NCBI GenBank assembly: GCA_964016885.1
Contig: OZ024741.1
Location: forward strand, 112,964,001-113,028,000
DNA length: 64,000 nucleotides
From: Eledone cirrhosa
Taxonomy: Eukaryota
Direction of reading: 5' to 3'
In this document: positions 10,100 to 22,173 of the stretch, piece after piece
Position numbering within the stretch: position 1 is the first letter of the stretch
Layout of the letters: each line of letters starts with the position of its first letter
The notes under the pieces: generated by a model
The model's database searches: none
What the model was told of the DNA's origin: nothing
What the model saw: the letters and a program-made list of their open reading frames with translations, nothing else
Translations under genes and position numbers: made by a program

Positions 10100-13000
10100 T
10101 ATGATATATATATCATATATCAAACAACCAAATAACCAAAAACTATTAACATCCTCAAACAACCAAAGTTCACATCTATAAGAGAGAATTTCATCATTTC
10201 ATTTCCTTTTACGTCCGCTTTTCCCTGCTTATATATACACATGAACCTTTAATTTCTTCAAATAACCAAAGGCTCACTCACATATCAAATATCAAATATC
10301 TAAAAAGACACACAAGGAAAATATATATATATATATGACTAGTGACCAGCAAGCCTACAACAGACGAAATTGGTCTGATAATGAAATTGACCTCTTAATA
10401 AACACGTGGTTTTCTCTGTCCCAAACAATAAACATTAACGCTTCGTGTCTGAATAATACAGCTCAAACATTTACCACGAGGTAAACAGATACACAACAAA
10501 CTAAAACTAGTCGAAGTCTCTTTCAAACTAATTCAAAACCATTTTGAAAAACTTCAACAAATTTACTTCAATGGACAAACACAACAGCCAGAAAATCAGG
10601 AGCCACCACCACCGCCACCACTACTGAATTCAAGCATAATAGCTGAGTTACTGAACGACAGTATCTCTCAACCACTTTCTCAGCCATCATTATTACCATC
10701 ATCATCACCACCGTCATCATCTTCTGCCACATCAACTGCTAGTAATGGACCACTGCTTTCCCTCCCACCACTTTCACAGCCTCCACCACAGTTGTCATCA
10801 TCATCATCATCGTCACCACCCCTGCCGCTATTGTATTCTACCATGTCAACTACTATCAATGAAAAACCACTGCTTTCTTCCCCCCCCCCCACATCACCAC
10901 CACAGTCATGCTGTAGTCAAGTGAACATTAAAAAAAATCTATGGAGCTGTATGTACCCCCCCCCCCCACTACACAAACTAGAAACCCCCAAAATATGCCG
11001 CTACTCACTACGTCAGAGGCTATGCACACGTAGCGATGGCATATTTACCCATTTACTGGGTACTAGACGCACTAACGCTGCCAACACCAAATCACGCTGC
11101 CCACATGCATAAGTCAGAGTCCCAAATTCTGCCGACATTCCCAATGTGAGAGACTATGTCTGCTGACTGACTATCCCTTCACTCATCTTCCTGGGACACA
11201 ACACACGAACAGAAAAGGGGCTTCATGCCAACACACAAACCACAATAAAGCCACCCCATGCTGCAGTAATGCTGCTCCAGTCTTCTCACAAAGACACGAT
11301 TACAACAACAAAAACAACAACAAAAGCAATGCTGCTCCAGTCTTTTCACAAAGACACGATTACAATAACAAAAGTAATGCTGCTCCAGTCTTTTCACAAA
11401 GACACAATTACAACAAATACAACAACAACAAAAGAGGGAATTGCAATCCTATCCAATGGTGTAACTACAAATCCAATCAAAAACTGCTCCCTGAACAAGA
11501 AAATTTTTCTTTTTTTTAGCCATGAACCTGGCAAAAGAGATACAGAAAAACATTTTAGCCATCACCCAACACCATCCTTGTTCTCACTAACACACAATCT
11601 CAAAACAAGCTCCCTGCAATAGTCAAAACCAGCCACCACACTAGCCTCCACATTTTTACTCAATACACAAGGTATCAGCCCATCTATCAATGCACAGAAA
11701 TGGAAGATCCAATTCATTGAGGATTGGGTTGGTAACCATCCATTTCACACCCCTTTCTTCATTCTTATTGAGACCCACCTTGACAACTCCCACTTGGAGG
11801 CTGAAGTAAGATTGAGGAATTTTACAACCATCCGTGCAGATCGTGTTGGCAGAAGGAAGGGTGTAACTGCCATTTTCCTGCATGATTCCTTTACAGCAGA
11901 TGGTAACACAACATTCTCTAATGGCTACTGTGAAGCAGTCACTGTGCACAACAAAGCCAATGACCTGATATTAGTTGGGCTCTATAGGCCACCACAAACA
12001 CCTATAATCTGCTTCAAAGAATGCCTTAACAGCATTAAATGCTTTATTAAACAGTACCAATCTAGCAACATACTTTTGATGGGAGTCTTTAATCTACCCT
12101 GTGTTGATTGGTCTACAAGCAGTTTGAAACCAGGCACCCCAACCTCAACCACTAACAAAGAAGCAGTCGAGTCACTTCTTGACTTCATGAATGAGTTTTT
12201 TTTGTCCCAACTTATCCTTACACCAACAAGGCATCAAAAGAACATTCCTGGATCTAGTGCTTGGTAACCACACTAACACTTTACATAATATTACAGTGGA
12301 AAAAACTCTTCTCTCAGACCATGACATGGTTCTTTGTAACCTGAGATTCCACCAGTCGAAAGCTAATCCTAGGGACCTCTTTCCAGCCCACCCATTTAAT
12401 AACATGGATCTCTACAATGCCAACTGGGATGAAATTATGAACGAACTATCACATGTTGACTGGTCTTTCACACACACACACATTTCCACCAACATCAAAA
12501 CATCTTGGCAGATCTTTGTAGACACCATTACAAATATATGTACAAAACACACCCCACCAAAACCTGTGAACAAAACTAAGTGCAATATCCCCCAAAACAG
12601 AAAAAACAATTATCAGAAAAATAAAAAGAACAAACAAAAAATTAACACACTAAAATACTGCCAACAACAACACACACATTCGACAGCTATCGCCCTGCTT
12701 GAATAAAAAAAAATATAACCTCCAACAATGTATGAAGACCATCATCAATAAACAGAGAACAGCTGAAGAGAGGTGGGCCATTGAGAAAATCAAACCCAAC
12801 CCCAAAGTGTTCTTTTCATTTGCTAAAGAACACAACGTCACTGTCTCCACTGTTGGCCCTCTAGTTGATGAAAATGGCACACTCCAAGTTAATGCCAAAA
12901 CCATGGGCGAGATACTGCAGAAACAATACTGCTTTGTTTTCAGCAATCCTGATATGGCTGATCTGGGCTGTATCAGCACACTATATTGGACATAACGTTT

Positions 13001-14626
13001 GGCGCCCCTGATGTCTTAGCGGCAATAAATGAAATTAAACACAATTCAGTAGTAGGCCCCGACAGGTTCCCTGCTTGTGTCCTGAAGGTGTGTCGACACC
13101 AACTTGCATCTCCTCTTGCTAATCTGTGGAGGAACTCACTGGATACTGGCTATATTCCTGAAAACTTTCTGTCCCAGTCCATTGTCCCAGTCTTCAAAAA
13201 CGGAAATAAGTCCCTTGCAGTGAACTACCGTCTGATCTCACTCACTTCTCATATTATCAAGGTATTTGAAACGGTGGTGAGATCACGAATAACCCACTTT
13301 CTTGAAAGCAACGGCCTACTGAACTCCAACCAACATGGGTTCCGTAATGGAAGGGACTGCCTAACGCAGCCCCTGCATCACTTTGATGATGTTTTGAGAG
13401 CCTTGGGAAAGGGCTCCAGCACTGATGTCATCTACCTTGATTTCAGCAAGGCCTTTGACAGGGTTGATCAAAAGATTCTACTGAAAAACTATCCAATATT
13501 GGTGTCTCTGGAAAATTACTACAGTGGATCAAATGTTTCCTAACAGACAGAACCCAACATGTAGTCAAAGGAGTAAAATCAAACCCTGCCAAAGTCAGCA
13601 GTGGCGTCCCACAAGGCACTGTGTTGGGCCCACTTCCTTTCATCATCTACATTAATGATATTACTGACAACATCAAGCACAGCAACATAAGAATCTTCGC
13701 AGATGATTCCAAGCTTCAAAGGGTCATCAATGAGGTGGGTGACCGGACTTGCTGTTATCCAATGGGCAGAAAAGAATAATATGCTGTTGAATGAGGATAA
13801 GTTTTAATTAATCCACTTTGGAAAAAGGGATGCCCTGAAACTACCATACTCTTTTTCTTCAGGTGAAACTCAAGTGGCATCCAACAACATCAGAGACCTG
13901 GGAATAATTGTGGACAATAACATAAGCTGGGCCACTCATATAAACAGCAACGTTGACATGGCCCGCAGAATGTGTTCCTGGATTCTCAGAATCTTCTAGT
14001 CGAGAAATATCCACACTGCTATCCTTCTGTTCTCCACATTTGCCTGACCTCACCTTGAATACTGTTGTCCACTGTGGTCTCCCCACATGAAACAAAGTAT
14101 CTTGAAAGTTGAAGCACCCCAAAGATCGATTACAAAAAAGAAAGATGGCATGACAGGCTTTGACTATTGGAGTTGATTAGAGAAGCTCAACCTTCTCTCC
14201 AACGTCGCCATGAGCGCTACATTATCTGCATGATGTGGAAATTATTCCATCAGCTTTGCCCAAATGATGTTGGCATCACCTTTAATGTACACCCAAGGCT
14301 TGGGCACTGTGTTATCCACCCACGACAAAAATCTCACTCGCATCTCATAACAACAATACGGCACAATTATTTCACCTCAATTGGCCCTGCTCTCTTTAAC
14401 ATTGCACCAAAACACATCAAAACAGAAACAGACCCCATCAAATCCAAGAAGTCTTTGGACAAATTCCTTCAAGAAATCCCGGATAAGCCTCCGTAAACAA
14501 TAACTCTCTGCTCGAGTGGGCCATGATGCCCAAAACTTGATTTGTAAAACTTCGCCAGGTGGTGATATTAAGTTAGAAATGGCTTGGGCTAATACTGGCC
14601 GAAACCTATCAAAGTTATGAAAGTTA
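10100..14626 (+). mobile_element. Near full-length degenerate CR1-clade LINE (ORF1, APE endonuclease, RT)
   Basis: APE motifs LIETHL, LVGLYRPP, MGVFNLP, LDLVL, SDHDMV. RT motifs GPDRFP, NYRLISLTS, QHGFRNGRDC, YLDFSKAFDRV, SGVPQGTVLGP, FADDSKL. Short tandem tail (aaagttat) x2. Multiple frameshifts; 5' boundary approximate. Confidence 0.85.
11650..14500 (+). pseudogene. Frameshifted ORF2 (APE + RT) of the CR1-clade LINE
   Basis: ORF pieces 11794-12267, 12191-12706, 12699-12995, 12986-13543 and 14167-14496 are collinear parts of one polyprotein. Confidence 0.85.
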
Positions 14627-14689
14627 TATATATGTATATATCATATATATATATGTATATATCATATATATATATATACATCATATATA

Positions 14690-15507
14690 CAGTCTGTGGA
14701 CAATATTTGTTCGCAAGATTACTGTCTATCTAGGAAACAATAACACAGTAGTTTTATTTTTTAAGATATATTTATCAAACTTGGGTCAGTTTGTCTTCAT
14801 GACTTATTCTTTCGATCTCACTCGATAAACGCGTCATTGGCTTTGATGACGGCCACAAGGCGGCCTTGGAACTGGCTACAGGCCTTCGTCACTGTCCCCC
14901 GACTTTGGCCCCTAAAGGCACTTGTGATCCTGGCCTTCAGATCGTCTTTCGTATTGCAGCTAGATCTGTTGGTGTCTCGTTCTACTGCGCCCCACACAAA
15001 GAAGTCGAGGTGGTTGCAGTCATGTGAAATGGGAGGCCAGATGTCAACTGAAGTGTGGTCGATGAAGTTCTCTGACAACCAGGTTTGGGTCTTTCGGCTG
15101 GTATGGCAGGGCGCTGAGTCTTACTGCCACATGTATGGCCTACCTGCAGCTAACTGGTGGATCCAGGGCTTTACTACCTTGTTCAGAACGCGGATGTAGC
15201 CATCGGTGTTCAGCTTGAGGCCCTCAGGGAAGAAGTGAGGTGGCATGACGTCACCTTGACTGCTGACGACAGCGAGCCACCTGTTGTTCTGGGAGTTAAT
15301 CTTCTTATCTTATTTGTCCTCCCGGTGCAGATTCCAAGAAGAACTCCGTGTCTCTTCCACAAATTTGGAGGTTTAAAATTATTCATAATCAATTATTCTG
15401 AAAATAAATAATGGAAATATAGTCACTGTTTTTATGAAGACAAGAAGTAAAAAAATTTGCATAAAATTAGCAGTTGAAAATTGCAAACAAATATCGTCGG
15501 CAGCCTG
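14690..15507 (-). mobile_element. Deleted Tc1/mariner transposon, DD37D (maT) type
   Basis: TA on both sides; imperfect ~27-bp TIRs (cagtctgtggacaatatttgttcgcaa / caggctgccgacgatatttgtttgcaa). Transposase remnant WQ*DSAPCH..WPPISHDCNHLDFFVWG has 37 residues between the last two catalytic Asp. Confidence 0.85.
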
Positions 15508-15567
15508 TATATGTATATATCATATATATATATATATATGTATATATCATATATATACATATGCTAA

Positions 15568-15855
15568 TTTGGTGCCGTGCCATCCGGGCCGAAACAAATG
15601 AGATCGTGTAGGTGTCACGACAAAAAAACACACAGTCCACGCTGTAATGTGGCCGTGTAGGCAACACGGTAAAAACCTCCCAGACCCACACTGTAAATGT
15701 GGTTGGTGTTAGGAAGGGCATCCAACTGTAGAAAACCTGCCAGACAGTCCTATGCGAGCAAGACAATCATTCTTGCCTCAAGTGGGACTACCCCCGTCCA
15801 AACCCATGCAAGCGTGGAACACGGACGTTAAACGTTGATGATGATGATGATGATG
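15568..15855 (+). mobile_element. 3' UTR fragment of a second RTE family with (ATG)n tail
   Basis: Matches part of 49257-49800 in reverse orientation; ends ggacgttaaacgttgatgatg. Confidence 0.8.
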
Positions 15856-15877
15856 TATATATCATATATATATATAT

Positions 15878-16245
15878 ATAGGAACGAGTAGGACCCCAAC
15901 GGCTGAGCTCAAGCCATTTCGACGGCTAATTCTGGACAGAATTAGCCGTCGAAACGGCTTGAGCTCAGCCGTCGGGGTCCTACTCGTTCCTATTACCCAC
16001 TCTACTACCCTAAGTATTGAGTACTTTGGCGCGTTATGGTCCACCTGGTTCCTTACCACATTTCCTTCGTTATATATATATATATATATCATATATATAG
16101 GAAAATGTTCAACCCCGTTTCGAAACGGCTTGAGCTCTGCCGTCAGGGTCTTGAACATTTTCCTATTATCCACTCTACTACCCTAAGTATTGAGTACTCT
16201 GGTGCATTATGGTCCACCTGGTTCCTTACCACACTTCCTTCGTTA
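15878..16245 (+). mobile_element. Two tandem Penelope-like pLTR fragments, each with a 5' fold-back and the 3' half of a hammerhead
   Basis: Copy 1 (15878-16071) has a 57-bp near-perfect hairpin. Copy 2 is 16097-16245. Both carry GAAA-CGGCT-tgagctc-(A/T)GCCG-TC and share the ctctactaccctaagtattgagtact..ccttcgtt tail; TA-flanked. Confidence 0.65.
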
Positions 16246-16274
16246 TATCATATATATATATATATATATATAAG

Positions 16275-16423
16275 ATTGGCATCAGCAAAGTTTCCATGCA
16301 CCAATTTTCACTCTCAAAACATTAGCCTACAGCAGAAGACACTTACGCAAGATGCCACGCAGTGGAACTGAACATTAAACCATATTGTTGGGAAGCAAAC
16401 TACTTAAATATACAGTGGTGCCT
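16275..16423 (-). mobile_element. Degenerate tRNA/CORE-type SINE head
   Basis: The reverse strand reads ..agtttgcttcccaac..gttcagttccactgcgtggcatcttgcgtaagtgtcttc. Similar relics lie at ~42215-42380, 43695-43860, 46410-46570, 53140-53305, 54440-54575, 62570-62740 and 63915-64000. Confidence 0.65.
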
Positions 16424-18145
16424 AGGCTTGGAGTCTTCGGAGCATTTTTCAATGTTTGTACATATAATTGACCTCCTATCCAATGCAAGAGACATACAGA
16501 TACATATATATATATTGATGTACAGTAGAGTGACATATATTATACTATACTATATTTGTACAGCGATTCAAATTTAAAATCAAAATCAAAATTAAAATTA
16601 AAATTAAAATTCATGCGGCAGATAACACAGATAATGTAAGAGAATAGTTTGATAATCAGATCTAGTAGATAGTGTATGCGTTAGTCACACATGGAGCATG
16701 CAAGTGTGTCTCATTTATATACGATTATTGTGTGGTAAGGTGTTACATGTAATGCAAGCACTTTAAGCAGGTAAGCAAGTGTATTATGGTGGTTGTAGTT
16801 GGAGGGTATTTTTTGTATAGATCAAAAAAGTATGTGTGCAGAAAAAGAAAAAGAAAAAGAAAAAGAAAAAGAAAAAGAAAAAGAAAAAGAAAGTTATAGT
16901 TTTCGCATCCACCACCATTTTCACATTCAGAAAAAGGAAGACATAGGTTTTACATCCATCACATAAGTTAATTATTGTAGCGTATTGAGGCACAGTGTTA
17001 TTTAATCCATATTTATAGAATAGGTTCTTTCTGCTGCGAGAATTTACAGTGGTTTATTACCCGGAAGTAGGTGTGTAATTAAGGGGAGGTAATGCGTAAG
17101 GGGAGGTAACTAGCTGATTCTCATAACTAAATTCATTGTTCTAACATACATTATATGGTGCCTCAATTGAGTCCCTTATATAAAAGGTTATATATTTATA
17201 TTTAATTTTCAATTTTAAATACAGTCTACTCTATCATAATGTATTAAAGCTATCTATAGGAAGTTGATTACTCCTTATTATATAGCGCTATAATTGAATT
17301 TCCCACACAAAGTGCCATATCTTTATATCAAAATTCACTGTAAATACAGTCTACTCTCAAAACATATCAGAGGACCAATTAGAATTTTGTCTACATAACC
17401 CCTGGTAAGCTACGGAGCAGCGTATGGCTGTCTGCATGATAAAATCAAATACATCTCTTGGGTAGACAAATACATCCCTCATTTACAATGTCATTAATCT
17501 ATCCACCAAGTTATACATGCATATATAGTTCATATATAATTCATTGCAGCACCCTACATATAAGTTAGACAGATCCCTTATGTTAATAAATTAATCCTAT
17601 ATATATCTGATGTTATTACTCTATACATTTAATTACAATTGCATATATAATTCACTGCCGTATCTAGTATTTAAAGTTTATATAGACTGTATTATATTTC
17701 TATCCCTATATAATTATAAGTAATTGAAAGTAATTATTAAAAGTTGGTGTTTATGGGGATATTTCTAGGGTATAAAGTTATAGATAGATAGAATGATTTG
17801 TGTCGAGGGAAGGGTGGATCAGAGAGTGTGCTGTAGTGGTGTAAGGCATGCCCTTGAGGTGTGGTGTTAGAAGCGGTGATGGGTTCAAGTCTGACATTGT
17901 TATATATTGGGTTTAAAGTTTTGGAAGGAGTGTTGGAAGCGGTACTGGCACGACGCAAACACTTCCGATTTTTTATTATTAAGGAGGTTAAGGTTCGATA
18001 TATATATATGTATCTGTATGTCTCTTGCATTGGATAGGAGGTCAATTATATGTACAAGCATTGAAAAATGCTCCGAAGACTCCAAGCCTAGGTTTGGATG
18101 AAACAATTGTAAGTGAATAAATGCTTTGAACATAGCTTTGATTCT
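16421..18145 (+). mobile_element. Putative non-autonomous Penelope-like element with partial inverted pLTR
   Basis: 16421-16515 is the reverse complement of ~17998-18092. The right end carries a hammerhead motif and AATAAA. No convincing ORF inside. Confidence 0.5.
18069..18115 (+). ncRNA. Minimal type I hammerhead variant (CCGAAGA core)
   Basis: tgct-CCGAAGA-c.tccaagc(ctag)gtttgga.t-GAAA-CAATTG-TA-agtg. Palindromic stem III ACAATTGT, GUA triplet, AATAAA at 18116. Confidence 0.6.
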
Positions 18146-18214
<69 letters not shown>

Positions 18215-18335
18215 GGAGGTGAGTTTTATTGCAGTACAATAAAGCAATGCAGATATCGGATAAGAAGCACTCTACAGTTTGTAGGACTGGAGTATGCATA
18301 ATATAAGATCAAAAGATGGTTAAAGGAGTTCCATG

Positions 18336-18406
18336 TATTTTATTATGCGCATTTCAAAAACAAACATCATCATGCAATAATATTTGTGTTTTCATCAGAT
18401 AAAACA
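18336..18406 (-). ncRNA. Mirror copy of the 18513-18583 hammerhead
   Basis: Exact reverse complement located in the left arm of the fold-back. Confidence 0.78.
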
Positions 18407-18512
18407 GGAGAACATGATATGAAGGCTAAAAAACACTTGTGGATAGTGCAGATATGTAGATTTAAAACTGCACTATCCACAAGTGTTTTTTAGCCTTCAT
18501 ATCATGTTCTCC

Positions 18513-18583
18513 TGTTTTATCTGATGAAAACACAAATATTATTGCATGATGATGTTTGTTTTTGAAATGCGCATAATAAAATA
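18513..18583 (+). ncRNA. Minimal type I hammerhead ribozyme (intact core)
   Basis: tgttttat-CTGATGA-[16-bp stem II with 3 G-U pairs and 1 mismatch, GCAU loop]-GAAA-TGCGCA-TA-ataaaata. Palindromic stem III ATGCGCAT; AUA triplet, predicted cut after 18575. Confidence 0.8.
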
Positions 18584-18618
18584 CATGGAACTCCTTTAAC
18601 CATCTTTTGATCTTATAT

Positions 18619-18651
<33 letters not shown>

Positions 18652-18683
18652 GTATATATGTATATATATATATATATGTATAA

Positions 18684-18729
<46 letters not shown>

Positions 18730-19229
18730 GTATGCAAATATATGTATGTATATATATGTGTATATATATGTATATATATGTGTATATATATGTATATATA
18801 TATATTCGTGTATATATATGTATATATATATATGTGTGTATATATATGTATGTGTATATATATATATGTATGTATATATATGTGCATGTTTGTGTGTGTG
18901 TGTATGTTTGTATACATTTGATTTTTGTAATAAATATATTTATACAAGTTTATTTAAATGTTTAGTGCTAGTCACTCAACGATAGACTTTCTGCATGAAA
19001 TCTTCTCCAGTGGTTATTTATCGATGCCTTTGTTAATATTCCCTTATTTAAAAGTTACTTTGATTCTAGTTATCATGTTAAATAGTATCTAGTTAGTGCT
19101 TATTGAAACATGTTTTACTGTAGGGTGACTTAATAATGGAGCTTTTGTATTTGAGGAAGTAAATCTCTCTGACATAAGATAAATATAGTTATTTGTGAAT
19201 CTAATAGAAATACTGGTGTGGTATCTATA

Positions 19230-19266
<37 letters not shown>

Positions 19267-19428
19267 TACAAATGAAAGAAAAGAGCAATCAACATATGAT
19301 GTGGAAGTTGAGTATATATATTAATAGTTTGGCTTAGTTCTCCACTGTCAGCAGTTTCAATATTAAGTTATTTGTTTGTTTGTAAAGAGAGAGAGAGAGA
19401 GAGAGGGATATATATATATATAAAGAGA

Positions 19429-19508
<80 letters not shown>

Positions 19509-19661
19509 AATAGACAGGAAGGCAGGCAGACAGACAAAGAGATAGATATAGATATTAGAATATGTTTAAAAAACTGTAGTATTTAAAACATTCAAACATT
19601 AACTGAATGAGCACTCAGTACAGGAAGTGGAATGTAGAAATCTATGTTGGGGCTTGCATAC

Positions 19662-22173
19662 TGGGCTGGTGGGATAGAGTGAAACACTGTCAGGACCAAA
19701 ATATTGGGTTGGTGGGATAGAGTGAAACACTGTCAGGACCAAAATATTGGTTGGTGGGATAGAGTGAAACACTGTCAGGACTAAAATATTGGGTTGGTGG
19801 GATAGAGTGAAACACTGTCAGGACTAAAATATTGGGTTGGTGGGATAGAGTGAAACACTGTCAGGACTAAAATATTGGGTTGGTGGGATAGAGTGAAACA
19901 CTGTCAGGACTAAAATATTGGGTTGGTGGGATAGAGTGAAACACTGTCAGGACTAAAATATTGGGTTGGTGGGATAGAGTGAAACACTGTCAGGACCAAA
20001 ATATTGGGTTGGTGGGATAGAGTGAAACACTGTCAGGACCAAAATATTGGGTTGGTGGGATAGAGTGAAACACTGTCAGGACCAAAATATTGGGTTGGTG
20101 GGATAGAGTGAAACACTGTCAGGACTAAAATATTGGGTTGGTGGGATAGAGTGAAACACTGTCAGGACCAAAATATTGGGTTGGTGGGATAGAGTGAAAC
20201 ACTGTCAGGACCAAAATATTGGGTTGGTGGGATAGAGTGAAACACTGTCAGGACTAAAATATTGGGTTGGTGGGATAGAGTGAAACACTGTCAGGACTAA
20301 AATATTGGGTTGGTGGGATAGAGTGAAACACTGTCAGGACTAAAATATTGGGTTGGTGGGATAGAGTGAAACACTGTCAGGACCAAAATATTGGGTTGGT
20401 GGGATAGAGTGAAACACTGTCAGGACTAAAATATTGGGTTGGTGGGATAGAGTGAAACACTGTCAGGACCAAAATATTGGGTTGGTGGGATAGAGTGAAA
20501 CACTGTCAGGACTAAAATATTGGGTTGGTGGGATAGAGTGAAACACTGTCAGGACTAAAATATTGGGTTGGTGGGATAGAGTGAAACACTGTCAGGACCA
20601 AAATATTGGGTTGGTGGGATAGAGTGAAACACTGTCAGGACTAAAATATTGGGTTGGTGGGATAGAGTGAAACACTGTCAGGACTAAAATATTGGTTGGT
20701 GGGATAGAGTGAAACACTGTCAGGACCAAAATATTGGGTTGGTGGGATAGAGTGAAACACTGTCAAGACTAAAATATTGGGTTGGTGGGATAGAGTGAAA
20801 CACTGTCAAGACTAAAATATTGGGTTGGTGGGATAGAGTGAAACACTGTCAGGACTAAAATATTGGGTTGGTGGGATAGAGTGAAACACTGTCAGGACTA
20901 AAATATTGGTTGGTGGGATAGAGTGAAACACTGTCAGGACCAAAATATTAGGTTGGTGGGATAGAGTGAAACACTGTCAGGACCAAAATATTGGTTGGTG
21001 GGATAGAGTGAAACACTGTCAGGACCAAAATATTGGTTGGTGGGATAGAGTGAAACACTGTCAGGACCAAAATATTGGTTGGTGGGATAGAGTGAAACAC
21101 TGTCAGGACTAAAATATTGGGTTGGTGGGATAGAGTGAAACACTGTCAGGACCAAAATATTGGGTTGGTGGGATAGAGTGAAACACTGTCAGGACCAAAA
21201 TATTGGGTTGGTGGGATAGAGTGAAACACTGTCAGGACCAAAATATTGGGTTGGTGGGATAGAGTGAAACACTGTCAGGACTAAAATATTGGGTTGGTGG
21301 GATAGAGTGAAACACTGTCAGGACCAAAATATTAGGTTGGTGGGATAGAGTGAAACACTGTCAGGACCAAAATATTGGTTGGTGGGATAGAGTGAAACAC
21401 TGTCAGGACTAAAATATTGGGTTGGTGGGATAGAGTGAAACACTGTCAGGACTAAAATATTGGGTTGGTGGGATAGAGTGAAACACTGTCAGGACTAAAA
21501 TATTGGGTTGGTGGGATAGAGTGAAACACTGTCAGGACTAAAATATTGGTTGGTGGGATAGAGTGAAACACTGTCAGGACCAAAATATTGGGTTGGTGGG
21601 ATAGAGTGAAACACTGTCAGGACTAAAATATTGGGTTGGTGGGATAGAGTGAAACACTGTCAGGACTAAAATATTGGGTTGGTGGGATAGAGTGAAACAC
21701 TGTCAGGACTAAAATATTGGGTTGGTGGGATAGAGTGAAACACTGTCAGGACTAAAATATTGGTTGGTGGGATAGAGTGAAACACTGTCAAGACTTAAAT
21801 ATTGGGTTGGTGGGATAGAGTGAAACACTGTCAGGACCAAAATATTAGGTTGGTGGGATAGAGTGAAACACTGTCAAGACTTAAATATTGGGTTGGTGGG
21901 ATAGAGTGAAACACTGTCAGGACCAAAATATTAGGTTGGTGGGATAGAGTGAAACACTGTCAGGACCAAAATATTGGTTGGTGGGATAGAGTGAAACACT
22001 GTCAGGACCAAAATATTGGTTGGTGGGATAGAGTGAAACATTGTCAGGACTAAAATATTGGGTTGGTGGGATAGAGTGAAACACTGTCAGGACTAAAATA
22101 TTGGGTTGGTGGGATAGAGTGAAACACTGTCAGGACTAAAATATTGGGTTGGTGGGATAGAGTGAAACACTGT
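19662..22173. repeat. 43-bp minisatellite, about 58-59 copies
   Basis: Unit GGTTGGTGGGATAGAGTGAAACACTGTCAGGAC(T/C)AAAATATTG, with 42-bp and point variants. Confidence 0.97.

Larger units (their letters stand above)
18298..18621. mobile_element. Perfect 154-bp fold-back (16-bp spacer), Penelope-like pLTR pair
   Basis: Arms 18298-18451 and 18468-18621 read as exact reverse complements by eye; followed by a long (TA)n tract. Confidence 0.8.

Noticed and set aside
16784-16993. GIY-YIG remnant (LCDGCKTYV) in the putative Penelope-like body; similar weak hint at 57391-57786
   Set aside because: Similarity is too short and degenerate to support by eye.
18607-18985. YIYI/THTH/poly-L/poly-K/His-rich ORFs here and throughout the window
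   Set aside because: They are translations of (TA)n, (CA)n, (TAA)n, (CTT)n and (CAT)n microsatellites.
19662-22173. 43-bp array as a CRISPR array or a hammerhead-satellite (GAAACACTGTC; TTGGTGG resembling CTGATGA)
   Set aside because: There are no unique spacers and the context is eukaryotic. There is no CUGANGA core and no stem I or II pairing.
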